Positions 47,423 through 58,956 are shown, counted from the stretch's first letter. The stretch is DNA of 64,000 nucleotides from an uncultured Pelagibacteraceae bacterium (GCA_902560565.1 CACEMG010000001.1:166194-230193); one strand, 5' to 3'. The notes: generated by a model from the sequence alone, not told the origin. A program made the numbers and translations.

Positions 47423-48781
47423 ATGTTCGAAAATTTGACAAATAAATTTGAAGAAATTTTTTCTTCTTTAAAAAAAGCACCATCACTTGATGAAAAACAA
47501 GTGGACGAAGGATTAAGATCTATTCGGCTAGCTCTTCTAGAAGCTGATGTATCTTTAGATGTTGCAAAGCAGTTTATAGAAAACGTTAAGCCCAAAGCAT
47601 TAGGTAAAAATATTGTAAGATCAACCTCACCTGGTCAAATGGTTGTTAAAATTGTCTACGATGAATTAGTCAATTTACTTGGAAGTAACTCTGAAAAAAT
47701 AAATCTTAATGCAGTTCCACCAGTTTCAATGATGCTAGTGGGTTTGCAAGGATCAGGTAAAACTACTTCTGCTGCAAAAATTGCAAAGCATATTGAAAAA
47801 GTAAACAAAAAAAAAATTATGATGGTAAGCTTGGACGTTTACAGACCAGCTGCTCAAGAACAATTAAAATTGCTGGGTGAACAAAATAATATTTTAACTT
47901 TACCCATTGTCGAAGGTCAACAACCTTTGGATATTTGTAGACGTGCACTTAGTGCTGCAAATTTAAACGGATCAGAAGTAATAATTTTCGATACAGCTGG
48001 AAGAACACAAATAGATCTACAAATGATGAGTGAAATTAAACAAATTGAGCAAACAATTAATCCCTCTGAAACTTTACTTGTTGCAGACTCTCTTACTGGT
48101 CAAGTAGCTGCAAATGTTGCTAAAGAATTTAAAAGCACCGTTAATTTAACAGGAATAGTTCTTACAAGATCTGATGGTGACGGAAGAGGTGGTGCAGCTT
48201 TGAGTATGAAATATGTATCTCAGGTTCCAATTAAATTTTTAGGAGTGGGTGAAAAAATTGATAACTTAGAGGAATTCCATCCTGACAGAATCGCTAACCG
48301 AATCCTTGGTATGGGAGACATAGTTTCACTTGTTGAAAAAGCTACACAAGACATAGATGAAGAGAACCTAAAGAAAACTGAAGAGAAATTAAAAAAAGGC
48401 CAATTTTCATTAGACGATTATCTTTCTCAACTACGACAGATGAAAAAGATGGGAGGAATTGAAGGTATCATGTCTTTTTTGCCTGGTGTATCAAAAATAA
48501 AAAATCAAATGGATCAAGCTGGTGTTGATGAAAAAATTGTAAGTAAAAATGAGGCTGTAATTTTATCTATGACAAAAAAAGAGAGAACAAATCCAAAAAT
48601 TATAGACGGATCAAGAAAAAAAAGAATTGCTAATGGCTCAGGTACTGACATTGCCACTATCAATAAATTGTTAAAACAATTTAAAATGATGTCTGAAATG
48701 ATGAAGAAGATGTCTAAAGGAAATATGAAAGGTTTGGCAGACAAAGGGATTCCGCCAGAACTTTTTAATCAACTAAAATAA
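47423..48781 (+). CDS. ffh: Signal recognition particle protein
   Basis: ALLEADV, GLQGSGKTT, DVYRPAA, DTAGR, RILGMGD, SRKKRIA.GSG. Confidence 0.98.
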   Translation: MFENLTNKFEEIFSSLKKAPSLDEKQVDEGLRSIRLALLEADVSLDVAKQFIENVKPKALGKNIVRSTSPGQMVVKIVYDELVNLLGSNSEKINLNAVPPVSMMLVGLQGSGKTTSAAKIAKHIEKVNKKKIMMVSLDVYRPAAQEQLKLLGEQNNILTLPIVEGQQPLDICRRALSAANLNGSEVIIFDTAGRTQIDLQMMSEIKQIEQTINPSETLLVADSLTGQVAANVAKEFKSTVNLTGIVLTRSDGDGRGGAALSMKYVSQVPIKFLGVGEKIDNLEEFHPDRIANRILGMGDIVSLVEKATQDIDEENLKKTEEKLKKGQFSLDDYLSQLRQMKKMGGIEGIMSFLPGVSKIKNQMDQAGVDEKIVSKNEAVILSMTKKERTNPKIIDGSRKKRIANGSGTDIATINKLLKQFKMMSEMMKKMSKGNMKGLADKGIPPELFNQLK

Positions 48782-48793
48782 CAAAGGAGAGAA

Positions 48794-49267
48794 ATGTTAA
48801 AGTTAAGGTTATCAATGGGAGGAACAAAAAAAAGACCTGTTTACAAAATTGTTGTTGCAGATAGCAGGTTTCCAAGAGATGGAAGATTTATAGAGAAACT
48901 TGGTTTTTTTAATCCACTTTTACCTAAGGAGAAGAAGGAAAGAGTTGGTTTACAATCCGAGAGAATTAAATATTGGTTAAGCCAAGGTGCTAAACCGACT
49001 GTGCGTGTAGCAAGAATTCTCGGAGAAAATCAATTAATGGAAATGCCAGCTAAAGGCAATAATCCTTTAAAGGCTGTTCCAAAAAAAGACAGAAAAAAAG
49101 AAGCTAAAGATGAAGCTCCTAAAGAGGGAGAGAAAAAAGCTGATGCTCCAAAGGAAGCACCTAAACAAGAAGAGAAAAAAGCTGATGCTCCAAAGGAAGC
49201 ACCTAAACAAGAAGAGAAAAAAGCTGATGCTCCAAAGGAAGCACCTAAACAAGAAGAGAAAAAATAA
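48794..49267 (+). CDS. rpsP: 30S ribosomal protein S16 with repetitive C-terminal tail
   Basis: [36 protein letters not shown]. Confidence 0.97.
   Translation: MLKLRLSMGGTKKRPVYKIVVADSRFPRDGRFIEKLGFFNPLLPKEKKERVGLQSERIKYWLSQGAKPTVRVARILGENQLMEMPAKGNNPLKAVPKKDRKKEAKDEAPKEGEKKADAPKEAPKQEEKKADAPKEAPKQEEKKADAPKEAPKQEEKK
49129..49264 (+). repeat. 42-bp perfect tandem repeat (3 copies plus a 10-nt partial) within rpsP
   Basis: GCTGATGCTCCAAAGGAAGCACCTAAACAAGAAGAGAAAAAA at 49139, 49181 and 49223; encodes [14 protein letters not shown]. Confidence 0.97.
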
Positions 49268-49269
49268 AA

Positions 49270-49959
49270 ATGTTTATCGCTCAAGTATTTACTCTATATC
49301 CTGATTTTTTTCCTGGACCACTTGATAAAGGTCTGTATGGAAAAGCAATGGAAAAAAAAATATGGAATTTAAAAATTGTCGATATTAGGGAATATGCTTT
49401 GGATAAGCACAAAACAGTTGATGATACACCGTATGGTGGTGGATCAGGAATGCTTCTAAAACCGGATGTTGTCGCAAAATCTTTAGATGCAAATATTAAA
49501 AATGGGGAGAAAATTTTTTACCTTTCCCCTAGGGGTAAAGTATTTAATCAAAATATTGCAAAAGAAATATCAAAAGAAAATAAAGTAAATCTAATTTGTG
49601 GACATTTTGAAGGTATCGATCAAAGAGTTTTAGATAATAGAGAAATAGAAGAAATAAGTATTGGTGATTTTGTATTATCTGGAGGTGAGACAGCTTCGTA
49701 TGTTTTTTTAGATGCTATATTGAGATTGATACCAGGTGTAATTGGTAACGAGGAATCTAAAAACGAGGAAAGTTTTGAAAATGGTTTATTAGAGTATCCT
49801 CAGTATACAAAGCCTCAAATTTGGGAGGAAAAAAGCGTTCCAAATGTGCTTTTATCAGGCGATCACGCAAAAATTAAAGACTGGCGTTTAACTCAATCAA
49901 AGGTTATAACACGCGACCGAAGACCAGATTTATGGAAAAAATATAATAAAAAGAATTAA
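49270..49959 (+). CDS. trmD: tRNA (guanine37-N1)-methyltransferase
   Basis: [41 protein letters not shown]. Confidence 0.97.
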   Translation: MFIAQVFTLYPDFFPGPLDKGLYGKAMEKKIWNLKIVDIREYALDKHKTVDDTPYGGGSGMLLKPDVVAKSLDANIKNGEKIFYLSPRGKVFNQNIAKEISKENKVNLICGHFEGIDQRVLDNREIEEISIGDFVLSGGETASYVFLDAILRLIPGVIGNEESKNEESFENGLLEYPQYTKPQIWEEKSVPNVLLSGDHAKIKDWRLTQSKVITRDRRPDLWKKYNKKN

Positions 49960-49975
49960 TTTGATTAACTTAAAT

Positions 49976-50518
49976 ATGAAAAACATTGAAGAAATCAACC
50001 AGGCAAATGTTAAAAAGATTGCTGCAGAAAAGAAGCTTCCTGAGTTCTATACTGGAGACATAGTTAAGGTTGGCGTAAGAATTACAGAGGGAAAAAGAGA
50101 TAGAATTCAGTATTTTGAAGGAGTTTGTATTGCTAAAAAAAATAGAGATATAAACTCTTCATTTACTGTAAGAAAAATATCTTTTGGCGAAGGTGTGGAA
50201 AGAACCTTTGCATTATATAGTCCCATAGTCGACTCAATCAAAGTTGTAAGGTCTGGAAAAGTAAGAAGAGCAAAATTATATTATCTAAGAGACAGAACTG
50301 GTAAATCTGCAAGGATTGCTGAAAAAATTAGAAAAAAAATAGGTATCGATTTTGAAACAAAACCGGAAACTGTAAATGAGGAAAATGTTGCGGTTTCTAA
50401 AGAAGAAAAAATGGCAGAAAAAGAAACTCCATCAACAGAGACAGCCAAAAAAGTTGAAAAAAAAACTGAAACTCCAAAAGCAGAAATTCCAAAAGAAAAT
50501 CTAAAAGACAAAAAATAA
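49976..50518 (+). CDS. rplS: 50S ribosomal protein L19 with charged C-terminal extension
   Basis: [36 protein letters not shown] 49976; an alternative TTG lies at 49961. Confidence 0.96.
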   Translation: MKNIEEINQANVKKIAAEKKLPEFYTGDIVKVGVRITEGKRDRIQYFEGVCIAKKNRDINSSFTVRKISFGEGVERTFALYSPIVDSIKVVRSGKVRRAKLYYLRDRTGKSARIAEKIRKKIGIDFETKPETVNEENVAVSKEEKMAEKETPSTETAKKVEKKTETPKAEIPKENLKDKK

Positions 50519-50530
50519 TTTTTTTTCTGA

Positions 50531-51934
50531 ATGCCTAAAACTTTATACGATAAAATCTGGAATGATCATCTTGTAAATACACAAGATGATGGAACATCTT
50601 TACTTTACGTTGACAGACATTTAGTTCATGAAGTTACTAGTCCACAAGCATTTGAGGGATTAAGAAACTCTAATAGAAAAGTTAGACAACCAAATTTGAC
50701 ATTAGCTGTTGCAGATCACAATGTGCCAACATCTGATAGATCTAAAGGAATCTCCGATGAAGAGTCTAAACTTCAAGTAGAAACTTTAGAAAAAAACTGT
50801 AAAGAATTTGGAATAAAGCTTTTCGGAATGGATGATAAAAGACAAGGGATAGTTCATATAATTGGACCTGAGCAAGGTTTCACTCAACCAGGAAGTATAA
50901 TTGTTTGTGGAGATAGCCATACAGCAACTCACGGAGCTTTTGGATCTCTAGCTTTTGGTATAGGAACTTCTGAAGTAGAGCACGTATTAGCCACACAAAC
51001 TTTAGTTCAAAAAAAATCAAAAAACTTTCGTATTAAAGTGGATGGAAAATTGTCTATCGGCGTTACATCTAAAGATGTCATTTTGCAGATCATTGGTAAA
51101 ATTGGAACTGCAGGAGGAACTGGTTATGTAATTGAGTATGCAGGTAGTTTAATCTCATCTTTAAGTGTAGAGCAAAGAATGACAATTTGTAATATGACTA
51201 TTGAGGGAGGTGCAAGAGCAGGTTTAATTGAGCCAGATCAAAAAATATTTGATTATTTAAATGGCAGACCAATGGCACCTAAAAAAGAAAATTGGGATAA
51301 GGCTTTGGATTATTGGAGTAAATTAAAATCTGACAATGATGCTGATTTTGATAAAGAAGTTACGTTAGATGGAAAAGACATTATGCCAATGGTAACATGG
51401 GGGACCTCACCACAAGATGTTATATCTATAGATGGGAGGATACCAAATCCAGAAAATGAAGTGGATGAAGATAGAAAAAATTCAATAGAGAGATCATTAA
51501 AATACATGGGATTAAAACCTGGTACAGCAATCAAGGATGTTAAAATAGATAAAGTTTTTATAGGAAGTTGTACAAACGGTAGAATTGAAGACTTAAGAGA
51601 TGCAGCGAAAATAATTAAGAACAAAAAAGTGGCACAACATGTGTATGCTATGGTAGTACCTGGCTCTGGACTAGTGAAGCAACAGGCTGAACAAGAAGGT
51701 TTGGATAAAGTCTTCAAAGATTCAGGTTTTGATTGGAGAGAACCTGGATGTTCCATGTGTTTAGCTATGAATGCTGATAAATTAAAACCTGAAGAAAGAT
51801 GCGCATCTACATCAAATAGAAATTTTGAAGGACGTCAAGGTAGAGGTGGCAGAACACATCTTGTTAGTCCCGGAATGGCTGCAGCAGCAGCAATATCAGG
51901 ATCTTTAGACGACGTTAGAAAATTTCAAAATTAA
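50531..51934 (+). CDS. leuC: 3-isopropylmalate dehydratase large subunit
   Basis: [44 protein letters not shown]. Confidence 0.98.
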   Translation: MPKTLYDKIWNDHLVNTQDDGTSLLYVDRHLVHEVTSPQAFEGLRNSNRKVRQPNLTLAVADHNVPTSDRSKGISDEESKLQVETLEKNCKEFGIKLFGMDDKRQGIVHIIGPEQGFTQPGSIIVCGDSHTATHGAFGSLAFGIGTSEVEHVLATQTLVQKKSKNFRIKVDGKLSIGVTSKDVILQIIGKIGTAGGTGYVIEYAGSLISSLSVEQRMTICNMTIEGGARAGLIEPDQKIFDYLNGRPMAPKKENWDKALDYWSKLKSDNDADFDKEVTLDGKDIMPMVTWGTSPQDVISIDGRIPNPENEVDEDRKNSIERSLKYMGLKPGTAIKDVKIDKVFIGSCTNGRIEDLRDAAKIIKNKKVAQHVYAMVVPGSGLVKQQAEQEGLDKVFKDSGFDWREPGCSMCLAMNADKLKPEERCASTSNRNFEGRQGRGGRTHLVSPGMAAAAAISGSLDDVRKFQN

Positions 51935-52540
51935 ATGCAAAAATTTAAAACAATAAAAAGTATACCCGCATATCTTCCAATAGTTAATATTGATACAGAT
52001 ATGATTATTCCAAAGCAGTTTTTAAAAACAATTAAAAGAACAGGTCTTGGAAAAAATTTATTTTATGAAATGAGATATAATGAACAAGGTACACCAATTA
52101 ATGATTTCATTTTAAATACAACTCCATTTAACAACTCTAAGATCTTAATTGCTGGAAAAAACTTTGGCTGCGGATCTTCACGAGAACATGCGCCATGGGC
52201 ATTACTTGATTTTGGAATAACTTGCGTTATCAGTTCCAGTTATGCAGATATTTTCTTTAATAATTGTTTTAAAAATGGAATTTTACCAATCGTACTTCCA
52301 GAGGCTAAAATAAAAGAACTTTCTGAATATTCAAAAAGAAAAGAAGAGATTATTGTTAATCTTGAGAAACAAAAAATTAATTTTGGAAATAGTGAAATTG
52401 ACTTTGAAGTAGATCAATTTAAAAAAAAGTGCTTAATTGAAGGGTTGGATGATATTGCTCTTTCATTAGAAAAGAATCCAAAAATTACTGAATTTGAAAA
52501 AAAACTATCATCAGATAAGCCATGGATATTTAATGATTAA
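51935..52540 (+). CDS. leuD: 3-isopropylmalate dehydratase small subunit
   Basis: [28 protein letters not shown]. Confidence 0.98.
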   Translation: MQKFKTIKSIPAYLPIVNIDTDMIIPKQFLKTIKRTGLGKNLFYEMRYNEQGTPINDFILNTTPFNNSKILIAGKNFGCGSSREHAPWALLDFGITCVISSSYADIFFNNCFKNGILPIVLPEAKIKELSEYSKRKEEIIVNLEKQKINFGNSEIDFEVDQFKKKCLIEGLDDIALSLEKNPKITEFEKKLSSDKPWIFND

Positions 52541-53642
52541 AGTTAAGAAAAGAAAAATTTTACTATTACCAGGTGATGGAATTGGTCCAGAGGTTGTATC
52601 AGAGGTAAAAAAGATAATTAATTGGCTTAATAGCAAAAGATCTCTAGATTTTGAAATAGATGAAGATTTAGTTGGAGGGGCGGCTTATGACGCGCATGGG
52701 ACACCAATAACTGATGAGGTATTTTATAAAGCACTTGAAAGTGAGGCAGTAATTTTAGGTGCAGTAGGTGGCCCTAAATGGGATAATTTAGATTTTTCAA
52801 AAAAGCCCGAAAGAGCGTTATTAAAATTAAGAAAAGAATTAAAATTATTTGCTAATCTAAGACCAGCAATTTGTTTTAAACAACTTGTTGATGCCTCGAG
52901 CCTTAAACCAGAAATTGTTTCAGGACTTGATATTATGATAGTAAGAGAGCTTACAGGTGGAATTTATTTTGGGGAGCCAAGAGGAATTAAACCTATTGAT
53001 AACGGTGAGAGAAAAGGTGTTAATACTCATACTTATACCTCAAGCGAAATTGCAAGAGTAGCAAGAGTTGCTTTTGATTTGGCAAAAAAAAGAAATAACA
53101 AAGTTACCTCATGTGAAAAATCAAATGTTATGGAAGCAGGACAATTATGGAAAGAAGAAGTAACTGAAGTTCACAAAAATGAATTTAAAGAGGTTAAACT
53201 AGATCATATGTTGGCAGACAATTGTGCTATGCAATTATTAAGAAATCCAAAGCAATTTGACGTGATTGTAACAGACAATTTATTTGGAGATATACTTTCT
53301 GATGAAGCCGCTATGTTAACTGGATCATTAGGTCTTTTACCTTCAGCGTCCTTAGGCGCTAAAGATAAAAATGGAAATATGAGATCAATGTACGAGCCTG
53401 TTCATGGTTCTGCACCAGACATAGCTGGAAAAAATCTTGCAAATCCAATTGCAACAATTTTAAGTTTTTCTATGGCGCTAAGGTATTCTCTAAATTTGGA
53501 AAAAGAAGCTAAAGAACTTGATTTAGCAGTGCAAAGCGTTTTGGACATGGGATTAAGAACAAAAGATATATATTCTAAGGGAAATAAGGAAGTTTCAACT
53601 AGTGAAATGGGAGATGCAATTATTGCGCAATTGCAAAAATAA
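52533..53642 (+). CDS. leuB: 3-isopropylmalate dehydrogenase
   Basis: [44 protein letters not shown]. Start is ATG 52533. Confidence 0.97.
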   Translation: MIKVKKRKILLLPGDGIGPEVVSEVKKIINWLNSKRSLDFEIDEDLVGGAAYDAHGTPITDEVFYKALESEAVILGAVGGPKWDNLDFSKKPERALLKLRKELKLFANLRPAICFKQLVDASSLKPEIVSGLDIMIVRELTGGIYFGEPRGIKPIDNGERKGVNTHTYTSSEIARVARVAFDLAKKRNNKVTSCEKSNVMEAGQLWKEEVTEVHKNEFKEVKLDHMLADNCAMQLLRNPKQFDVIVTDNLFGDILSDEAAMLTGSLGLLPSASLGAKDKNGNMRSMYEPVHGSAPDIAGKNLANPIATILSFSMALRYSLNLEKEAKELDLAVQSVLDMGLRTKDIYSKGNKEVSTSEMGDAIIAQLQK

Positions 53643-53675
53643 ATAATTTCACATATTTTATAGCTATTAAAAATT

Positions 53676-55442
53676 ATGACTACTTATACAGCACCAATTG
53701 AAGATATGATGTTTCTCTATGAAAAGTTGAGAAATAACAAAAACTACAATGAGATTGAAAAGTATAAAGAAATAACTCCAGATCTAGTAAAAGATATATT
53801 AGATGAGGCGGCTAAAATTAATCAAAACATTATTTTACCATTAGCCAAAGCAGGGGATGAGAACCCGGCAGTACTTGAAAATGGTGTCGTTAGAACACCC
53901 CCAGGTTATAAAGAAGCATACAATAAATTTATAGAAGATGGATGGATGTCTTTATCTTGTGACCCAAAATATGGTGGTCAAGGGATGCCCAAAACAGTAA
54001 GTGCCTTTTTTGATGAAATGCTTTCCTCTTCAAGCTTAGCGTTTAAACTTTATACTGAGCTTACATTAGGTGCTTATAATTGTATTCGTCACCATGGATC
54101 TGAAGATATAAAAAATACGTATTTACCAAAAATGGTTGAGGGAAAATGGAGTGGAACTATGTGCCTTACAGAACCAGTTTGTGGAACCGATCTTGGAATT
54201 CTGAAGACAAAAGCGCACGAGCAAGAGGATGGTACTTATAAAATTACAGGTCAAAAAATATTTATTACATCTGGTGATCATGATTTAACTGAAAATATTA
54301 TACATCTAGTTCTTGCAAGAGCCTCAGACTCACCCGCAGGAACTAAAGGTATTAGTTTATTTCTTGTTCCAAAATATATTGTTAAAGAGAACGGATCGGT
54401 TGGTCCAAAAAATGGCATTTCTACAGGATCAATAGAAAATAAAATGGGAATAAAAGGATCTGCAACTTGTGTTTTAAATTTTGATGAAGCAACTGGATAT
54501 ATGATTGGACCAAAAAATAAAGGACTTAATTCAATGTTCACTATGATGAACTTAGAAAGAATAATTGTAGGAATTCAAGGCTTAGGACTTTCAGAGATTG
54601 CCTATCAAAACTCATTAAACTATGCTAAAGAAAGAAAGCAAGGCAAAAGTAACTCCAACAAGTCTCAAAATGGAAGCACAGACTTGATTATAGAACACGC
54701 AGATATCAGAAGATCATTACTTAACATGAAATCAATTATCGAGGGTGAAAGAGCCTTATGTTTTTGGTTATCTCAACAAACTGAAGTTAGCCTAAATCAC
54801 AATGAGCAAAAAATAAAACAGGAAGCCTCAGATTTAGTTTCGCTAATGACACCAGTTGTAAAATCTCTATTTTCAGATTTAGGAATGGAAATAACAAGTG
54901 ACGCTATGCAAATTCATGGAGGCTATGGTTATACAAAAGATCAGGGTATAGAACAGCTTTATAGAGATAACAGGATCACGCCAATTTACGAGGGCACTAA
55001 TTCTGTTCAAGCTATAGATCTAGTTTTTAGAAAACTGATAAATAAAAATGGAGATATTGTCGAAAATTACATAAATATTTTAAGAAAAGATCTAGAAATT
55101 GAGAGCTCGGAATTAAAACCATACCAAGAAAAATTAAAAAATTATTTAGAAAAACTTGTTGATTTTACCACTTGGATTAAAGAAAAAATTAAGGACTCAA
55201 AAGATGACGCGAATGCTGCATCAAATGATTATTTAAAAGTTCTTGGTTATGTCGCATTAGGTCATTCATGGTTGAAGGTTTTAGAGGTTAGTTTTAAAGA
55301 AGTATCAAATAATAAAAAATTCTATGAAGATAAAATACAAACTGCTAAATTTTACTTTAATAGAGTGCTACCAAGAGTAGAGAGTCATTATTCCAGTGCA
55401 ATTTCTGGAAGTGGTTACATAATGGATTTTAAATTTAATTAG
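53676..55442 (+). CDS. dmdC: Acyl-CoA dehydrogenase, probable MMPA-CoA dehydrogenase
   Basis: GTMCLTEP..GTDLG, GQKIFITSG, KMGIKGSAT, HGGYGY, IYEGTN; clustered with dmdB and dmdA. Confidence 0.82.
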   Translation: MTTYTAPIEDMMFLYEKLRNNKNYNEIEKYKEITPDLVKDILDEAAKINQNIILPLAKAGDENPAVLENGVVRTPPGYKEAYNKFIEDGWMSLSCDPKYGGQGMPKTVSAFFDEMLSSSSLAFKLYTELTLGAYNCIRHHGSEDIKNTYLPKMVEGKWSGTMCLTEPVCGTDLGILKTKAHEQEDGTYKITGQKIFITSGDHDLTENIIHLVLARASDSPAGTKGISLFLVPKYIVKENGSVGPKNGISTGSIENKMGIKGSATCVLNFDEATGYMIGPKNKGLNSMFTMMNLERIIVGIQGLGLSEIAYQNSLNYAKERKQGKSNSNKSQNGSTDLIIEHADIRRSLLNMKSIIEGERALCFWLSQQTEVSLNHNEQKIKQEASDLVSLMTPVVKSLFSDLGMEITSDAMQIHGGYGYTKDQGIEQLYRDNRITPIYEGTNSVQAIDLVFRKLINKNGDIVENYINILRKDLEIESSELKPYQEKLKNYLEKLVDFTTWIKEKIKDSKDDANAASNDYLKVLGYVALGHSWLKVLEVSFKEVSNNKKFYEDKIQTAKFYFNRVLPRVESHYSSAISGSGYIMDFKFN

Positions 55443-55445
55443 TTC

Positions 55446-57074
55446 ATGAATCATTACGAGACAAATCTAGATAAAAATAAGGCTAATCATGTCCCATTGA
55501 CCCCTCTATCATTTTTAAACAGAGCGAAGGACATTTATCCAAACTATGAAGCTATTGTTTATGAAGATAGAAAATACACCTGGACGCAGGTTTATAAAAG
55601 ATGTCTTAAATTTGCAAGCGCACTAGAAAAAATAGGAATTAAAAAAGGAGATACAGTTTCGTTCTTAGCTTTTAATACTCCAGAAATTTTCGAAGCACAT
55701 TATTCAGTACCAATGACTGGAGCAATTCTTAATACAATTAATATTCGTTTAGACGCTAAAACAATTGCATATATTTTGGAACATAGCGAAGCCAAAGTAT
55801 TAGTTGTTGATAGACAATTACATACGGAAGTTAAAAAAGCTTTAAGCACTTTGAATAAAAAAATTACTATAATTGATATACATGATAAATTTGCTGATCA
55901 ATCTAAATTAGAAAAAATAGGTGATCTAGAATATGAGGAATTCCTTAACTCTGGAGATGAAAATTATAACTGGAGAATGCCGGATGATGAATGGGAAGCA
56001 ATTACACTTAGTTATACCTCAGGTACAACGGGAAATCCTAAAGGAGTTGTTTATCATCATAGAGGTTCATATTTAATGTCAACAGGAAGTGCCACTGCTT
56101 GGAACATGCCGAATAGGTTAAATTTTTTAACCATTGTTCCTATGTTTCATTGTAATGGATGGTGTTATCCATGGACTGTACCAATGTTGAATGGAAGAAC
56201 AATTTGTTTAAGAAATATTGATGTCAAAAAAATATTTGAATTGATAGATAAATACAATGTAACTCACTTTGGCGGTGCTCCTATAGTATTAAATATGATC
56301 ACAGGCGCTCCAGAGTCAGCCAGAAAAAAATTAAAAAATAAAGTTTATGTTCTCACTGCGGGCGCACCTCCTCCTAGTATAATTTTCAAAAAAATGAAAA
56401 GTTTGGGTTTTGAGGTTATGCATGTTTACGGTTTAACAGAAACTTATGGTCATGTAACCCAATGCGCTTGGAATGACGAGTGGAATGGATTTGAAGAAGA
56501 AAAACAAAATGAGATTAAAGCAAGACAAGGTGTTAGATATCCTAACACTGAAGGCGTTACCATCATGGATCCCGAAACTATGAAAGAAGTTCCAAGGGAT
56601 GGAAAAACCATTGGGGAGATAATGATAAGAGGAAATGTTGTTATGAAGGGATATTTTAAAGATAAAGATGCAACCAATAAAGCAATGAAGGATGGTTGGT
56701 TTCATTCAGGCGATTTAGCAGTAATGCATCCAGATGGTTATATTAAAATACAAGATAGATCAAAAGACATCATTATTTCTGGTGGTGAAAATATTTCGTC
56801 TATAGAAATTGAAAATACATTAGCCAAACATCCCTCTGTATCAATTGCTGCAGTAGTAGCAAAACCAGACGAAAAATGGGGGGAAGTGCCTTGTGCATTT
56901 ATAGAAGCTGTAAAAGATAAACCAACGACAGAAAAAGAATTAATTGATTTTTGCAAGGAAACATTGGCAAAATTTAAAGTTCCAAAAAAAATTGAGTTCT
57001 GTGAATTACCAAAAACGTCAACAGGAAAAATCCAAAAGTTTGAATTAAGAAAAAAGGCTAAGGAGCTAAACTGA
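55446..57074 (+). CDS. dmdB: Acyl-CoA synthetase, probable MMPA-CoA ligase
   Basis: YTSGTTGNPKG, PMFHCNGW, YGLTETYG, SGDL, PKTSTGKIQK; dmd cluster context. Confidence 0.85.
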   Translation: MNHYETNLDKNKANHVPLTPLSFLNRAKDIYPNYEAIVYEDRKYTWTQVYKRCLKFASALEKIGIKKGDTVSFLAFNTPEIFEAHYSVPMTGAILNTINIRLDAKTIAYILEHSEAKVLVVDRQLHTEVKKALSTLNKKITIIDIHDKFADQSKLEKIGDLEYEEFLNSGDENYNWRMPDDEWEAITLSYTSGTTGNPKGVVYHHRGSYLMSTGSATAWNMPNRLNFLTIVPMFHCNGWCYPWTVPMLNGRTICLRNIDVKKIFELIDKYNVTHFGGAPIVLNMITGAPESARKKLKNKVYVLTAGAPPPSIIFKKMKSLGFEVMHVYGLTETYGHVTQCAWNDEWNGFEEEKQNEIKARQGVRYPNTEGVTIMDPETMKEVPRDGKTIGEIMIRGNVVMKGYFKDKDATNKAMKDGWFHSGDLAVMHPDGYIKIQDRSKDIIISGGENISSIEIENTLAKHPSVSIAAVVAKPDEKWGEVPCAFIEAVKDKPTTEKELIDFCKETLAKFKVPKKIEFCELPKTSTGKIQKFELRKKAKELN

Positions 57075-57847
57075 ATTTAGAGGTAGACAATAAAATTGTG
57101 TTTATCTCAACAGGGGGCATGGATATTGAAAAGTCTAAACCGACAATACTTTTGATGCATGGAAGTGGGTTGACACATATTGTTTGGTCTCTTCACGAAC
57201 AATTTTATGCTTCCCAGGGATTTAATGTTTTATCAGTAGATTTACCTGGCCATGGAAATTCAGATGGTCCAGCTATAAAATCGATTGAAGAAACATCCGA
57301 TTGGGTTGCAGATTTAATTAATAAATTGGAATTAGAAAAAATAAATTTTATTGGTCATTCCCAAGGCTGCCTAATTGGAATAGATTTTGCATCAAAATAC
57401 CCAAAATTAATAAATAAATTAGTTCTTGTTGCAGGATCTTATATGCTGCCAGTAAACCAAGATTTGTTAGATTTAGCAGAAGCGGGAGATGATAAAGCGA
57501 TACATTTAATGATGAAATGGGGATATGAAGGTTCAAAAGCCTTTATTGGAGGAAATCCAGTAAAAAAAATTATTAATTCAACACGTGAAATCCGAGAAAT
57601 TTTGTCTGTAGACTTAAGTGCTTGTAACAACTATAAAGCCGGAAAAGAATCTCTAGATAAAATAGAATGTCCCACTCTATGTATATTTGGAGATTTAGAC
57701 AAAATGGTGCCTCTTAAAGTAGGAAATAAAATGGCTGAAATTATAAAAAATTCACAAGTAAAAGTAATTCAAAACTGTGGTCACATGATTATTTATGAGA
57801 AAGCTTTCGAAATGAGAAAACTAGTTAAAGAATTTTTATTAAATTGA
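57071..57847 (+). CDS. Alpha/beta hydrolase in the dmd cluster (probable CTG start; alternative GTG 57098)
   Basis: HGSG, DLPGHG, GHSQG nucleophile, [21 protein letters not shown] lies 5 nt upstream of an in-frame CTG. Confidence 0.85.
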   Translation: MNLEVDNKIVFISTGGMDIEKSKPTILLMHGSGLTHIVWSLHEQFYASQGFNVLSVDLPGHGNSDGPAIKSIEETSDWVADLINKLELEKINFIGHSQGCLIGIDFASKYPKLINKLVLVAGSYMLPVNQDLLDLAEAGDDKAIHLMMKWGYEGSKAFIGGNPVKKIINSTREIREILSVDLSACNNYKAGKESLDKIECPTLCIFGDLDKMVPLKVGNKMAEIIKNSQVKVIQNCGHMIIYEKAFEMRKLVKEFLLN

Positions 57848-58956
57848 TGAGTAATTTTTATATTGCAAAATCAAGAAGACTTAGAGGAACAAAATATACC
57901 TCAAGAGTTGAGAAACAAGGTGTAACTCATTACACAGTCTATAATCACATGCTTTTACCAGCTGCATTTGGACCGCTAGATAAATTATATCATCATCTTA
58001 AAGAGCATGTTCAAGTTTGGGATGCCGCAGTACAAAGACAGCTTGAAATTTCAGGGAAAGATTCAGCTAAGCTTGTACAGTTAATGACTTGTAGAGATTT
58101 ATCAAAATCAAAAGTAGGTAGATGCTACTATTGTCCGATAATTGATGATAATGCAGGTTTAATAAATGATCCTGTTATTTTAAAACTTTCGGATACACGC
58201 TGGTGGATATCATTATCAGATTCTGATGTTGGACTATTCGCAAAAGGACTTGCAATAGGAAGAAATTTTGATGTAGATATTTCAGAGCCTGATGTAGATA
58301 TATTTTCAGTTCAAGGACCAAAATCATTTAAATTAATGGAAAAAGTATTAGGTCCTAAAATTACTCAATTAAAGTTTTTTGGGTTTGATTACTTTGAATT
58401 TGGTGGAGCAAAACATCTTATTGCTAGATCAGGATGGTCAAAACAAGGTGGCTACGAGGTCTACATGGAGCACACTGAAGCTGGTTTAGCTTTGTATGAT
58501 AAATTGTTTGAGGTAGGTGATGAATTTAATTTAAAACCAGGATGTCCGAACTTAATTGAAAGGTTAGAAAGTTCATTGCTGTCTTACGGAAATGATATGG
58601 ATTTAGGCGATAATCCATATGAATGTGGATTTGATAAATATATAAATCTTGATAACGATATTGAATTTTTAGGAAAAGAAGCACTTAAGCGAATAAGATC
58701 AGAGGGTGTTAAGAAAAAACTAATGGGAGTAAAACTTGATATTGATAATATTTCCGTTACTGGATCAATGAATTTGTACGATAGCAAAAAGGAACTAATT
58801 GGCGAACTTAGGTCAGGATCATATAACCCAATGTTTAAACAAGCAATTGGAATAGCTATGATCAAAAAACCTTACTTTAAACCATCTCAAGAATTTAAGG
58901 TTAATATTAACGGTAAAAACGTAAGCGGAAAAGTTTGCGATTTACCTTTCATTTAG
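57847..58956 (+). CDS. dmdA: DMSP demethylase (GcvT family)
   Basis: [56 protein letters not shown]; closely resembles Pelagibacter DmdA. Confidence 0.93.
   Translation: MSNFYIAKSRRLRGTKYTSRVEKQGVTHYTVYNHMLLPAAFGPLDKLYHHLKEHVQVWDAAVQRQLEISGKDSAKLVQLMTCRDLSKSKVGRCYYCPIIDDNAGLINDPVILKLSDTRWWISLSDSDVGLFAKGLAIGRNFDVDISEPDVDIFSVQGPKSFKLMEKVLGPKITQLKFFGFDYFEFGGAKHLIARSGWSKQGGYEVYMEHTEAGLALYDKLFEVGDEFNLKPGCPNLIERLESSLLSYGNDMDLGDNPYECGFDKYINLDNDIEFLGKEALKRIRSEGVKKKLMGVKLDIDNISVTGSMNLYDSKKELIGELRSGSYNPMFKQAIGIAMIKKPYFKPSQEFKVNINGKNVSGKVCDLPFI

Noticed and set aside
47314-47595. 93-aa minus-strand ORF
   Set aside because: It is antisense to ffh and its structured leader, and has no recognisable motifs.
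49129-49264. 42-bp repeats as a CRISPR array
   Set aside because: The units are head-to-tail without spacers, in frame inside rpsP, and no cas genes are present.
49030-49304. Three repetitive ORFs in alternative frames
   Set aside because: They are by-products of the stop-free 42-bp repeat in rpsP.
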